64,000 nt of DNA from Chiloscyllium plagiosum (lineage: Eukaryota): positions 16,198,550-16,262,549 of the forward strand of contig NC_057750.1 of assembly GCF_004010195.1 (NCBI RefSeq), read 5' to 3'. Position 1 is the first letter of the stretch; every line of letters starts with the position of its first letter. A program made the translations under genes and the position numbers. Below are positions 13,111-25,690 of the stretch, piece after piece. The notes beneath the pieces are model-generated. The model had not been told where the DNA came from. It ran no database searches and saw only the letters and a list, made by a program, of their open reading frames with translations.

Positions 13111-13585
13111 TGAACTGGGTAGACCTTGTAAAGAGCTGACACTAACAGAGGTCAAATGGTGTCTTTCTGAAGAATGATTCTAGTGACTACACTTGGGCAT
13201 CCGTGTAAATTGAACCCAGAGTGTGTAAGAAAAATAGCTGGGCAGACATAGGAATGGGTAGAGATTAGCCAAGGGCATCTCCATAGCTATTAATGGAGAC
13301 CATTAGTGGCTTACAATGGGTTGTCTGTGGCAGCAGCTCATGTGATTACAAGGCTGGGTGTGTGGGGTTTGGGCTAAAGAGTGGGAGAAAGTGCTCAAGC
13401 CCTAAAAGGGGGGCCCGAGTAGAATTATAGAACAGTACAGTGCATAACAGCCAGCCCCTTTGGCCTTTGATGTTGTGCCCTTTGAGTTAGATCATTTTGT
13501 GTGAGAAATGAACAGTTGGATTGAGTATGGTGTTTGTGAAGACTTCGTGTTTGAAAAAAAACGAACAGAAATGCCTTTGGTTGTA

Positions 13586-13803
13586 CAGGTTATTCTGCTA
13601 TAATGCACATTTCGTTAATGCAAATTTGCTATGATACGATTGATGAATTGAGGGCACTGTTTCTAAAGTGCGAACTTTTAAAACGTGTATTGGTTATAAT
13701 GTGATTCCAGCCCATTAGTTTAAATGGTGCTGCTATTACCTGATTCTCTTATAACATGGGGTTATACGAGAACAGAAATACCACGCTATCGCAGAACCGA
13801 CTG
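13586..13803. mobile_element. Tc1/mariner (Tigger-like) MITE
   Basis: TA|CAGGTTATTCTGCTATAA ... CTATCGCAGAACCGACTG imperfect TIRs starting CAG. Confidence 0.6.
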
Positions 13804-13879
13804 TCTTATTAAATTCCCTGAACCATTTCCAGTTTGGCCCTATTTGCATGGACGAGCAAGTAAAACACGTGCTTAATTT

Positions 13880-14280
13880 TAAGAGCAGAAGTAGGCCATT
13901 CAGCTCAAGTCCGCTTATCTATTCGCTGAGATAATGGCTGATCCGATAATCATCATGTCTGCTTTCCTGTCTTTTCCCCATAACACTGATTCCCTTACTA
14001 ATCAAAATTCTTTGTCTCAGCCTTGAATATCTTAATGGTCCCGGTCTCGACAGCTCTATACAATATAGAATTCCACAGATTCTCTACTCAGATGAAATTG
14101 CTCCTCATGTCTATCTTTAAACGGGCGACCCCTTACTCTAGTGTTATGTCCTGTAGTCTGAGATTCTCCTACGAAAACAAAACAACCTTTCTGTGTCTAC
14201 CCCGTTGAGCCCCAAAGAATTTTATACATTTCAATAATTTTACTCTCATGCTTCTGAAACTCCAATGAGTACAGATCCAC
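13880..14280 (-). mobile_element. Old CR1 3' fragment
   Basis: gagcagaagtaggccattcagc tail region, ctcagccttgaatat, gaattccacagattc; similar to 6573-6860. Confidence 0.7.
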
Positions 14281-14751
14281 CGTTAGAAAATGTTGTTAAT
14301 CTTGGTTGAAGACCGAACCTGAGCCAGAGCACCCTGGAAAACTCTGGCAATCTTGTTTAAATAGTTCCATAGGGTTTTTAACTTGCACAGAAAAAAGTCA
14401 ATGGAGCCTTAGTCTCAAATCTCAATTACACGCTCCAGCTATAATGTCACTCTATAATAGGTGTTCAGGTCCTCGGCCTGAATGTGAATATCCTGACTGT
14501 CAAACTGACTTTCTTGTAACATAAGCACCAAATGTAGGTGTTTAACTTTTCTCTAACATTATTTAACATGGTAGGCATGATGGACCAAATGACCTCTTTT
14601 ATGTCGTGATATTTGTGTGGTTCTGAGAATTAATTACCAATTTAACTCAAATTCCATAATTACATCATGGATTTTACATGTATCTATATCACAATGGTTG
14701 TCCATGTGTAGCACAGATACCAAAACTGCTGTTCAATTTCACAAACACAAA

Positions 14752-14860
14752 CAGTTAACTCTGATTTCTCTTTACAGCTGCTGTCTGACCTGCTGAGTTT
14801 TTCCAGTAATTGCTGTTTGTTTTTGATATCAGCATCTGCAGTTCTTTTAGTTTTTATTCT
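14752..14860 (+). mobile_element. Penelope-derived terminal-repeat fragment
   Basis: gttaactctgatttctc...ctgacctgctgagtttttccag...agcatctgcag matches the right arm of 49936-50160. Confidence 0.6.
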
Positions 14861-15379
14861 GCTGTTCAAGTTGCTGGATAGTAAGCAAAAGCTGGCTCAT
14901 TGGTTAACAAAGGGTGTGATTGTCCAGACCTGGAATTCACCAAGTTTCACCTCTACTTGTGCTGAATCGGGGGGGGGGTTAGCTGTACTGCCGCACACTA
15001 ATCAAAAGTTTCTCCACGCTTTCTCAGGAAGAATAGCCACTTGACAGATTTGAGAACGTTATAAAGGAAACTGGAAAGGGCAACAAGAAAAGCTACAACC
15101 GCTGCCACCTCTAACATCATCTATCATTAAAGCCTGTCCCCCAGAAATATCTTGGATACAGAATGTAATGATGTCAGGGACATAATAAATCAATGATCCA
15201 GCAAAACACTACTTTTTTAATTCCACGAAAGCCTGCCTTGCTTTATTTCATGAAAAACCCAGTTTATTTTTTTTTAGAAAGACCTACTCATCATATGTGA
15301 GGATGAATAACTAAAACGTACACATTTTGTTATACTTACCTTAACCAGGATGTGATGTGGGATGTGAGTTTCATTATCT

Positions 15380-15660
15380 GGTTCAGCACCTAATGTCCAC
15401 CTCTAATTGCTCTTGAGAAGGTGGTGGTGAGCTGCCATCTTGAACCACTACAGTCTACCAGTAGACCCATGATGCTATTAGGAAGGCGATAGCAGTAGTT
15501 TGACCCAAAGACCCTGAAGGAACAGTGATATGTATCCAAATTGGCATGCTGAATGGCTTGGAGAACGTGCAGGTGGTGGTGTTTACATGTATATGCTGCT
15601 TACATTCTTTGAGATGAAGTGGTCGATGGGTTGGGGGAATTGTATCTAAGGAGCCTCTCA
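15380..15660 (-). mobile_element. 3' fragment of the LINE family at 28.7-31.3 kb
   Basis: cttgagaaggtggtggtgagctgccatcttgaaccact; reverse complement of the 31020-31260-type sequence. Confidence 0.65.
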
Positions 15661-18600
15661 AAACTCAAACTGATTGAGTTTGTTTTTCCTACTTGAAGTG
15701 CTAAAGATGTCCACTGGGTGGTAGCGCATACTTTGTATTTGGACTAATGCTGAAATGAAATTGATGCCAGGTTTGTGGCGAGCCAGAGTCTCTGGTTCAC
15801 TGAGGGATCAACTCTAATAAATACGTTGGACTGTCGTTCATCCCTGGAATAGGGAGATATCTCTAACTTTGAAAAGATTTGCTGTCAGTTACTGGTAGAT
15901 GGAAATGGGACACAATCCTCTGCCAATAAAGAAAAGATCATGACTGAAGCAGAAGCATAACCTACACAATTTCTAAATATTGATGTGCTGCGACCCAAGT
16001 ATTTAATTGAAGACATGGGATAGCAGATTTTCAGCTTTTTCTGTTTGAAGCTCTAGTGCAAGACGGCGAGCAGTGTCTTTTACTGGATTTCAGTTACATC
16101 TCAGCTTGCCTCTTTGTTTTGATACCTTTCAGCAGCTTTTATGGTAATATATATGCAGGATCTTGAATCCTAATCTGGCAAATTGGAAGCAGGTTATTAA
16201 ACACAGTATGGGAACTGAAGTAAAGTTTAATTGATTCACAAATATTAGCTTTATCCATTGATGTGATGTTTTATTTTGCCTATTTCTTTTATCTCGCTCA
16301 CTCTTGTGCTCTCACTGTCCCCTGTTCTCCCTGTATGTGAGATGGGATTCTTAGTGTCAAGTGTACACCAAAATAACTGGCCTTATTTCCTATGATGTTT
16401 TTTCTGCCTGTGCTAAAACTACATTTGAGGTTAGTTTCTAGGAAACATTTTCAGTGGTAGTGGTTTTCACAGAAAATAAACGCAAGTGTACAGCAGATAT
16501 TTATGTTGCAAGTATGCAACAGATCCCAATCTTATGCTTTCCATTTAACAAGAATGCTCGCTCGACTTCGGGAAGAAACTATTCTGAAAAATTCACCTCT
16601 CGCTCAAGCACAGTGGAGTTCCAGGGGATTTTAAAGTCCACGAAGCCCTACTTTTTGTGCACAATGATATTTGTTTCCTCTGGGAACTTACCCAGAGGAA
16701 CACTTACTGTGAACTTTCACTTGCTGCAGAAACCAGGAGCTCATTCCAAAGATCAGTGACCATCTGGAAAAAGAGAAAGCACCTGACATCATGCTCATGT
16801 GCTCATGTGGCCTCATTGCCCTTGACTTGTTTGTTAAAATAATCTGACACCAATAAACAACCCAGGGGTACCTTTTTCATACTTAAAATGTGATATTTTG
16901 ATGAACACTCTCTCCCAAATATACATTTTTAGTATAGTATGCAGAACTGGAATGATAATTCTTAAATATTGCTAAACAGAGGCAGTAAGTCAAAGTATGC
17001 TTAATAAGATGGTGTCCCATTTTTCAAATGTTTCTTGCAACCAAGTCTTACGTGCAAGACAAAGTTTCAACTTCATGTCTCATTTTAGCAATGTGGCAAG
17101 CTTAGATACGGCTATTGTGTTAATTGAGTGCTTTTAATCTGGTGACGGTTAAACCTTTTTCTGAACATAAGAATCTAATTTTGTTTAAAGGATCCAGAGA
17201 TAGGCAAATTATTTCAGATGGTTTCAACAGTATTGTGCAAAGATACCATAGTCATTGGAAAAGCTAAATGATGCTGGAAATGTTCAACAGGTCAAGCAGC
17301 CTCTGTGGAGGGAAACAGAATTAATTATTCATCTCAAGGCAACCTTTTCTATTTGGATGAAAAATAATTTCAATATGAAATGTTAATTTGATTCTTTTCA
17401 GGGTTGGTGCCAGACTTGTGCGTTTGTTTTAAATTCACTACATAACCTGGTTTGTGCTTGACCAGCCTCAGTTTCTATATTCTCTTTGGTCTTTCTGGCC
17501 ATCTAATTCAGAGCTCAGTTTGATAGGCACACCCATTTATGTTAAAAGCAGCATATTTTCCCCCATCAGATTGTAACAACAATTTTGCTACACAGGTTCT
17601 GATGCATACATAAGACTGCACCAACCATAACAAACGAACAGAATCCTGACGCCTTCTTTCAGATGGTTGATGTCGATTGTGGAGTAATAATCCTCGCAGT
17701 TATCCATGTAGCACTTTTCTGCTCTGGGGCTGTTTTCTTCTTAATATTCATTTGTCTGAGAAGACCGCCTATATCCCATAGCAACAATGATCTGCTCTTC
17801 AATCTCTTATGTAGTAAACCTTGTGTAGGTAAACTTTGTGTGCGATCTTATCAAAACATACTTTGAAAATGCAAGTATGCATTGCCTATGAATTATCTTC
17901 ATCCATCAAGCTAGTGACATCCTCAAAGAATTCAGTCAGATTGGTAAGACTTAATAGGTGCAGAAATAGTTTCATCAAGCTGGCTCTACCATTCAATGAC
18001 ATCATGAATAATGTGTATCTTGACTCCTATCTCGTCCTCCTTGGTGCTGTGAGCCCATTTCAATGATTAGTCTGGCAAGGATAATTTTTTTTTTGAATAT
18101 CCATTCTGTACTCCTCATAGCACCACCTCTCTGAAAACACTGGTAAAAGTCCTGGAATTTAGATGTGAAGGAGTTGGGCTCCTTCAGATAATTTGAGGCA
18201 TAGGTTTTGAGAGCTGGGCCTTTGACCTCATTGTGTCTGTGAGAAGGGAATTACATTATACATTTTTAAGTTTCTGCTATGTATCATGTTTATGGTAACA
18301 AATACATATTCGTACCACTTTTTATTTCTACTTGCAATTTCTTTTGCTGTCATCTTAGCATGTTTATACGCAGGAGCTCTCACACACATCACTTGGAAGC
18401 AACTGGTTAACTCAATAGCCCTGAATAGAGGAAGTGGAAGTAATTTTGTATTCTATAGACAAGGCAACTTGTTTGTATGCCACACTTCCTTCCATTTTCC
18501 CAAGGAATCACCAGAGCCCTAAGTACTTAAAGCTGAACAATTAATTCACTCAGCATAAGCTGTAATCCCGAGTGTATTTTTTTATACATGGTTTTTGTAC

Positions 18601-19320
18601 ATGTACAGCGTTTGCTTAGATTCAGCTGATGTTCCAAACTATTCTGCCAGTTTTGCAGTAAATAATTAGTAATGCTTAGCATGTGTTACAAACAATCACA
18701 TCATTTTTGGGAACAATGCTCGGGTGATACAAAGTCCCAGTGTCCAGATACTTGGCAATGTGGTTGGAACCTGGACCATTGGAGGCTGAGGGGTGACCTT
18801 ATAGAGGTTTATAAAATCATGAGGAGCATGGCTTGGGTAAATAGGCAAAGTCTTTTCACTGGGGTGGGCAAATCCAGAAGCTGAGTTAATGCTTAGAACC
18901 TGACATGACTCTTTTGGAATAGATTAGACTCAAAATGTTGGCTCTGTTTTGCACCTCCATAGAAGCTGCTGAGTTTCTCCAGCATTTTTTGCTTTTAATT
19001 CACATACCTAGTATCCACAGTACTTTTTATTTGTTTTGATGTCAAGCCTTGAATGAGTCACCATTCCCTGTTCTCTGGAGCAGGCTTCACAATTAATATC
19101 CTATATCTTTGAGTATTCTGTAAAAGGTCATTCATGATTATGGCATTCAGTTCAAATCCCATTTCCTCAACTTGTACGATATCAGCAGCAGAAAGACTGG
19201 AGAGACAGGGGAGAAGGCAGAGCATTCCAGAAGACACCATTCTTTGTAAACTTAGTGTCTCTAAGTTTTAATTTATTGTTGTCTTACTACTTGGATTTAT
19301 ATAAATGGGACTCGTTTTTA

Positions 19321-19639
19321 TTAGATTAGATTAGATTAGATTACAGTGTGGAAACAGGCCCTTCGGCCCAACAAGTCCACACCGACCCGCCAAAGCGAAA
19401 CCCACCCATACCCCTACATTTACCCCTTACCTAACACTACGGGCAATTTAGTATGGCCAATTCACCTGACCCTGCACATCTTTGGATGGTGGGAGGAAAC
19501 CGGAGCACCCGGAGGAAACCCACGCAGACACGGGGAGAATGTGCAAACTCCACACAGTCAGTCGCCTGAGGCGGGAATTGAACCCGGGTTTCTGGCGCTG
19601 TGAGGCAGCAGTGCTAACCACTGTGCCACCGTGCCGCCC
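19321..19639 (-). mobile_element. Young full-length HE1-type V-SINE
   Basis: (TAGAT)n tail on + strand, V-domain gtgggaggaaaccggagcacccggaggaaacccacgcagacacggggaga, tRNA-like head with A/B boxes; CpGs largely intact. Confidence 0.92.
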
Positions 19640-22600
19640 AAATTATTGAAACAGCATACCTTTAGAATTTAGTTGATTATATTTAATTGTGCTGATCCAG
19701 CTGTCAGGAATGTTTTTCCATAATTTCTTATGTTCTGAATGCCTTTCTCTGCTGAATTCTGGTATCGGGGATATTATCTAAGAATGCTGTGTATCTTTAT
19801 GAATAGATTATCCTTTTTTTAAGGAAAGTGGAGATTTGTGAGAGCGAGATGTTTATTCTTCAGATGGGTGTGCTCTCACCTAAGATGGCAGTTTGCTCTC
19901 TCCAATTTTCTAAAACCCCTCATCTTTTATACACTTGATGACCTATTAATTTGTTTACATTCGGATTGGTTTGAGGTCGTCAAAACCATCAGATTTAAAT
20001 TTGATAGGTTTTTAGTATCTAAGGACTTTGTTTAAATTAATTGGCTGATTGAAGCTAATGTTGCCAAAACATCAAAACAAGCCTAAGGTTTCCAATCACA
20101 CAGCCAATTGTTACATGGTTCAACTTGACAACTGTCTGTATGTCTGCGGCTGCTTGCAGACATTTTCCGTTTAAATCTCCAGGCTTAGTAAAGCACTTTA
20201 TCCCTTAAAGGGACCATTCTGTCTTTCCTCCAATCATTTTTACAAATGCATGCTAACTTCCTGCCTTCCACTTCATGAACACTCTACAGAACTTCATAAC
20301 ACCAGGATCATGCGTTTCCCACTTTTTCGAAGCTCCCAACCTCTAACTTTCTCAAGTGTCTGCCTTTGCTGATTAGCAGCTATAATATTTTTCTTGTTAA
20401 TCTTGGTGCATTTTTTCCCCAAAGTGCTGCATTGTGTGGCTTATCTTCACTGACTCCCAGTTCCCGAATGCCTTAAACTCAGAACCTTTTGGTCTTTTGA
20501 AAGTCTCTCTGTGACTAATTCATTCTGCAGCCCCCTTCTTCCTTGGTATCCTTTCCAGGAAATTTTAGTTGTTTTGGTTCTGTTTTATGCATTGCACCCT
20601 CCATTTATCTCTGTCCTTCTTTAGAATCCTCTCTCGCTGTCCCTGCCTCTTCCGAAAATCTCCCTATATATTTTAATCTTGCTTAAATTTACGTAATTTC
20701 TCTCTCCCTACTTTTGACAACCTTCCTTATGGATGTTTATAAAGTATCCTGAGATATCTATTTCAAATATAATTTATTTTGAAAGGACATGTATGTAGAA
20801 ATAGTGAAGAATATAATTTCTCTCTGTTATCTTCTCAATGCTGCGTGAGCAAGAATGGTTTATGAAAGTAGCAATATCTTAGTTATGGTGGCTTGTAAAT
20901 AGATTTATCCTCATGTTGCCAAAGGACCATTGTGTTTTGCTGCTCCATTTAAGTATCCTAATCCTTGGTCTGTTTCAGATTTACCAGCAAGTTGTGAATT
21001 TGTGGATTTTTGTGACCTTTTCCAATTGGGGAGCAAACAGTTTGTGTTTCATTTAAATGAGTTTGACGACAAATCTGCCAAAGGCTTGCTGCCATGTGTT
21101 AGTGTGCGAGTGCCAGCAGTTAAAGCTAACAGAAGTATTAGCACCCCTGCATGTAGCACTCTGTCTGCTCCCCTGCTGCTGCCCTGCGGTCCCATCTGCT
21201 TCACCAGCTAACTTAATTGGTTCCTTTTGTTTTACATTTTTGTTGAGGAATACAAATCCTTCCCTATCATTAACCCCTTTGAGAACTGCTGTAACATTTC
21301 TTTTCTCTAAAGATATAAAATGCATGCAGTTATTGTCAGGAAAGTAAACACTGAACCACAGGAGAGTTTCAATTGTGAAGCAAGCCCTTGTTATCTTTGA
21401 AAAGAAAAATCAGTTTGATTAATTTGGAAAACTTTGTGAACAGTATCTTTTATTTCCTGTATTTTATTTTCTATCATTTTATTTGGTGAAATTTGCTTCA
21501 TTTATACATGAAGATTTTAAGGCCAATGCCTCAAAGCTGTGTCTCTTGGTTGAACTTGTTTCATAGTTTTATATGCATCTTATCACATTTGAATATCTTG
21601 ATGCTTTTCATGCAATGCAGCACTTTGTTAACTGCAGTGACTTGCATAAATGTCAATAGAGCTTGTAAAATGTGATGTGCTTCTTCCTTTTAATCTCAGG
21701 GCTGCCAAACTACACTGCAGGGCTTGGTCTTTATCTGAAGTCCCCTGAAATTTAAAAATCAAAATTGAACTTTCTTACCTTTTCTCTTGGCTTACTAAAT
21801 GTTTGTCTGGAAAGCTGTATGACCTTTGATATTTCAAATAAATGTACTGTATCAGAGGAGTTGTTGGTGCCAAAAGACCTACGTTCGGGAGAGAGCCATC
21901 CCTGGGCCAGTTCCAAGGCATGTGCAGTCTTGCCACTATAAATGGGTGGGTGAATTCTTCCTAAATGCTTGTTGCTAGTTTGCCAAATACGTTTTTATCT
22001 TTGTATCTATACCTTTGTCAAAATGTTTCCTGGTTCCTTACACAAGACAAATTGTGCACTCAGCGTATGCTATTAGAATTTTATACTTGTGTGTAACTTT
22101 AGCAGAGAGAAGCAGTACTTTGCCTGGAAATCATTTGAGGATCCATTTGGAAGAAGGGGAGGAAACAATTTGTGCTTGTGCTCCAAAACTATTGATCTTG
22201 GCCCTGTAATAGTAATGTCAAATGAGATGTTAGTCTGCAGGTTGAATACCTAGCTGAAAGAACCAGCTCCATAATGCGGGAGTGTAAAACAAATTGGAAA
22301 AGCTGGAAGCCAAAGCAAAGCAAGTGCAATAATTGAGTACGACAGAATTTGCATAATGAAAGAGGAGGGGAATGAGAACCTGTCTAATTACTAACCTCTG
22401 GTATTAGAACACCATTGGAGTGATCAAAATTAAGTTATATCCTTTAGAACCTACTAAATGATGCATGTGTGTGGAGGTTAGTTTGGCTTGGTTCAATGAG
22501 GAGGGGGTTTGCAACGATGGGGAAAATCCCCTGGAAAATCTGTCTTGAGGGCTTCTATTTGACCAGTGGTTTCGACTGATGGAGGTAAAAGGCAGTATAA

Positions 22601-23039
22601 TAAAGCAGAGTAATCTCCTATGATAATCCAGGATCATCCAAGCAATTCTACTGAATACACAAACAGAGTACACTCTTTCTGGTGAAAAATAATTATTTTC
22701 AGTTTGCAATGCTACCTTCATGTTGTACATGCTTGATGCAACTGCATTATGCCAACCTCTGTGAACAGCCACAATTTATTGTTCCTTAAGGCGGCGTGCT
22801 GTTCCTGAAGACGGCGTGGGGGTGGGCTGTTCCTTAAAACTGGAGCATTTACAGAGTATGATTAGATTGTCAGATCCTGCCTGGAAGACAGAAAAACACT
22901 CCCCCAGGACATGCAGTTTCTTAACATGTCAGCAGAATAAATTAGGGGAGAAAGTGAGGTCTGCAGATGCTGGAGATCAAAGTTGAAACTTTATTGCTGG
23001 AACAGCACAGCAGGTCAGGCAGCATCCAGGGAACAGGAG

Positions 23040-23075
23040 ATTCGACGTTTCGGGCACAGGCCCTTCTTCAGGAAT
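23040..23075 (-). ncRNA. Minimal type-I hammerhead ribozyme motif (core intact)
   Basis: - strand: ATTC-CTGAAGA-A-GGGC-ctgt-GCCC-GAAA-C-GTC-GAAT; stem I ATTC/GAAT, stem II GGGC/GCCC, palindromic ACGT stem III, GUC cleavage triplet. Confidence 0.8.
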
Positions 23076-23342
23076 GAGCAGAGAGTGTTCAGCAGGAGAA
23101 GATAAAAGGTAGGGAGGAGGGACTTGGAGGAGGGGCGTTGGAAATGTGATAGGTGGAAAGAGGTCAAGGTGAGGGTGATAGGCCGGAGTAGGATGGAGGC
23201 GGAGAGGTCAACAAGAAGACTGCAGGTCAGGAAGGCGACGTGGTCGACGGTGCCCTCCACCGCATCTCCTCCACTTCCAACTCCCCTCCTCCAAGTCCCT
23301 CCTCCCTACCTTTTATCTTCTCCTGCTGAACACTCTCTGCTC

Positions 23343-23378
23343 ATTCCTGAAGAAGGGCATGTGCCCGAAACGTCGAAT
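23343..23378 (+). ncRNA. Minimal type-I hammerhead ribozyme motif (core intact)
   Basis: ATTC-CTGAAGA-A-GGGC-atgt-GCCC-GAAA-C-GTC-GAAT; predicted cleavage after 23374. Confidence 0.8.
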
Positions 23379-24125
23379 TTGGGGCCTTGGAGAGAAGTGT
23401 GGGGGGAGGTGTGGGCGCAAGTGTTGCACCTCCTGCGGTTGCAAGGGAAGGTGCCGGGAGTGGTGGTTGGGTCGGTGGGGGGTGTGGATCTGACAAGGGA
23501 GTCGCGGAGGGAGTGGTCTCTACGGAAAGCTGATAGGGGTGGGGAGGGAAATATATCCTTGGTGCTGGGGTCTGTTTGGAGGTGGCGGAAGTGACGGCGG
23601 GTGATGCGCTGTACATGGAGATTGGTGGGGTGGTAGGTGAGGACCAGTGGGGTTCTGTCCTGGTGGCGGTTGGAGGGGCGGGGCTCAAGGGCGGAGGAGC
23701 GGGTAGTGGAGGAGATGCGGTGGAGGGCACTGTCGACCACGTCGGGGGGGAAATTGCGGTCCTTGAAGAAGGAGGCCGTCTGTGTTGTGCGTATTTTGAA
23801 CTGGTCCTCCTGGGAGCAGATGCGGCGGAGACGAAGGAATTGGGAGAATGGGATGGCGTTTTTACAGGGGGCAGGATGGGAGGAGGTGTAGTCCAGGTAG
23901 CTGTGGGAGTCGGTTGGTTTGTAGTAGATGTCCGTGTTGATTCGGTCGTCTGAGATAGAAACAGAAAGGTCTAGGAAGGGGAGGGAGGAGTCCGAGACTG
24001 TCCAGGTGAATTTGAGGTCGGGGTGGAAGGTGTTAGTGTAGTGGATGAACTGTTCAACCTCCTCGTGGGAGCACGAGGTAGCGCCGATACAGTCATCAAT
24101 GTAGCGAAGGAAAAGATGGGGGGTG

Positions 24126-24590
24126 TTGTTCTATGTTCTATCCCTCTAAACCCTTCCTTTTCATATACCCATCCAGATGCCTTTTAAATGTTGTAATTGT
24201 ACCAGCCTCCACCACTTCCTCTGGTAGCTCATTCCATACATGCACCACCCTCTGCAGGGAAAACGTTGCCCCTTCCGTCCCGTTTATATCTTTCCTCTCT
24301 CAACTTTGCCCTCTAGTTCTGGACTCCCCTATCCCAGGGAAAAGACTTCCTCTATTTATTCTATCCATGCCCTCTGTGATTTTATAAATCCTCTGTAAGG
24401 TCACCCCATAGCCTCCACTCCAGGGAAAATAGCCCCAGCCTGTTCAGCCTCTCCCTATAGCTCAAACCCTCCAATCCTGGCAACATCCTTGTAAATCGTT
24501 TCCTAACCCGTTCAAGTTTCGCAATATCCTTCCAATAGAATTGCACTCAATATTCTAAAAGTGGCCTAACCAATGTCCTGTACAGTCACT
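24126..24590 (-). mobile_element. CR1 3' fragment
   Basis: Near-copy of 1780-2240 (ccatccagatgccttttaaatgttgtaattgtaccagcctccaccac...). Confidence 0.85.
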
Positions 24591-24619
24591 ATCTAACCTT
24601 GTATGTTAATGTCTTCGAC

Positions 24620-25690
24620 AAGGTTGTTGTGGTTGACACAAAAATAGGAGAGAAGGCAAATGGTGACGGTGATAGAGTCTGCAAAGGGATAGAGACAGGC
24701 TTAGCCTCTGGTCATTAATGTGGCAGGTAGAATATGATGTGGGAAAGAATAGAGGACTTGAATATTATTTAACTGGAGAAGGATTGCCAAAAGCAACAGA
24801 ACGGAGGGATAAGGGAGACCTCATCCATGAATTGCGAAAAAAAAGCTAGCATCCAAGTTCAGTGGATAAGACTCTTTGACTTTTATACTCCGTTTCTGTT
24901 ATTTCAAAGGGACTGGAGAATAAAAGTAGGCAAAGTTTGCTAAAACTCAACAAGGCACCAGTTGGAACACCGCTGAGACACAGTGGACAGCTTTGGCCTC
25001 TTATCTAAAAGATGTTTAAACATTGGAGACAACTTAAAAAATGGTTCACTGGGCTGATACCACATATGAAGAGGCTTACCTATGAGGAGAGGTTGATTGG
25101 TTGGGCCTGTATTGATTGGAACCTTATTGAAACATGATTTTTCTTTGTCAGAGGGAATTTGCGCTTAACAAATCTGGTTCAGGTGTCAGTGTTGACCAAG
25201 CATGTTGGTGAGGGTAGTGCATTTTATGTAATTTATGTGGATTTCAGGATGGTCTTTGACACAGTCCCACATGAAAGACTAATAATGAAGGTAAAAGCAC
25301 AAGGTAACATGGCATCTTGGATCCAAAATTACCTTAGTGGAAGGAGACCAATGTGGGAAAAGCTGAGTGAGTGGCTAGAGGCTGGTATCTAGTGGCATAC
25401 CTCAAGAATTGCTGTTGGGTCCCTTTATTTTTAATGATATATAAAGGATGTCTATGAGAATTGGGGTGAGGTTAGGTGATAAGTTTGTGGATGACATGAA
25501 GATTGGACAGGTGTTAGAATGGGGAAGGCAGGTCACAGGAATATTAAATGGATTGGTCAGATGGACAGATAAGTGGCAGTTGAAATTTAACCCTGATAAA
25601 TGTTAGGTGATGCATTTTAGTAACAAGACAAGAGAGTACTCCATGAACAGTTGTATATTAGGAAGCTCCAAGAAACAGAGGGGCCTGTGT
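24620..25690 (+). mobile_element. Two old CR1 RT fragments
   Basis: YVIYVDFRMVFDTVPHERLIMKVKA..WIQNYL; aagtttgtggatgac (KFVDD); tggcagttgaaatttaac. Confidence 0.7.

Larger units (their letters stand above)
22945..24125 (-). mobile_element. Young, rearranged Penelope-like retroelement (RT C-terminal half + Cys-rich linker + terminal repeat)
   Basis: Stop-free - strand frame from about 24120 to 23380: HLFLRYIDDCIG...FHPDLKFTW...LPFLDL...IYYKPTDSHSYLDYTSSHP...IPFSQFLRLRRICS...PLVLTYHP...FPCNRRRCNTC. GIY-YIG domain absent; GC/CpG-rich. Confidence 0.92.

Noticed and set aside
17270..19040. Very decayed PLE-like repeat remnants near 17270-17420 and 18890-19040
   Set aside because: Too degenerate to define boundaries or a hammerhead core.
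19346..19603. 85-aa ORF repeated at 52994-53251
   Set aside because: Antisense reading of SINE copies, not a gene family.
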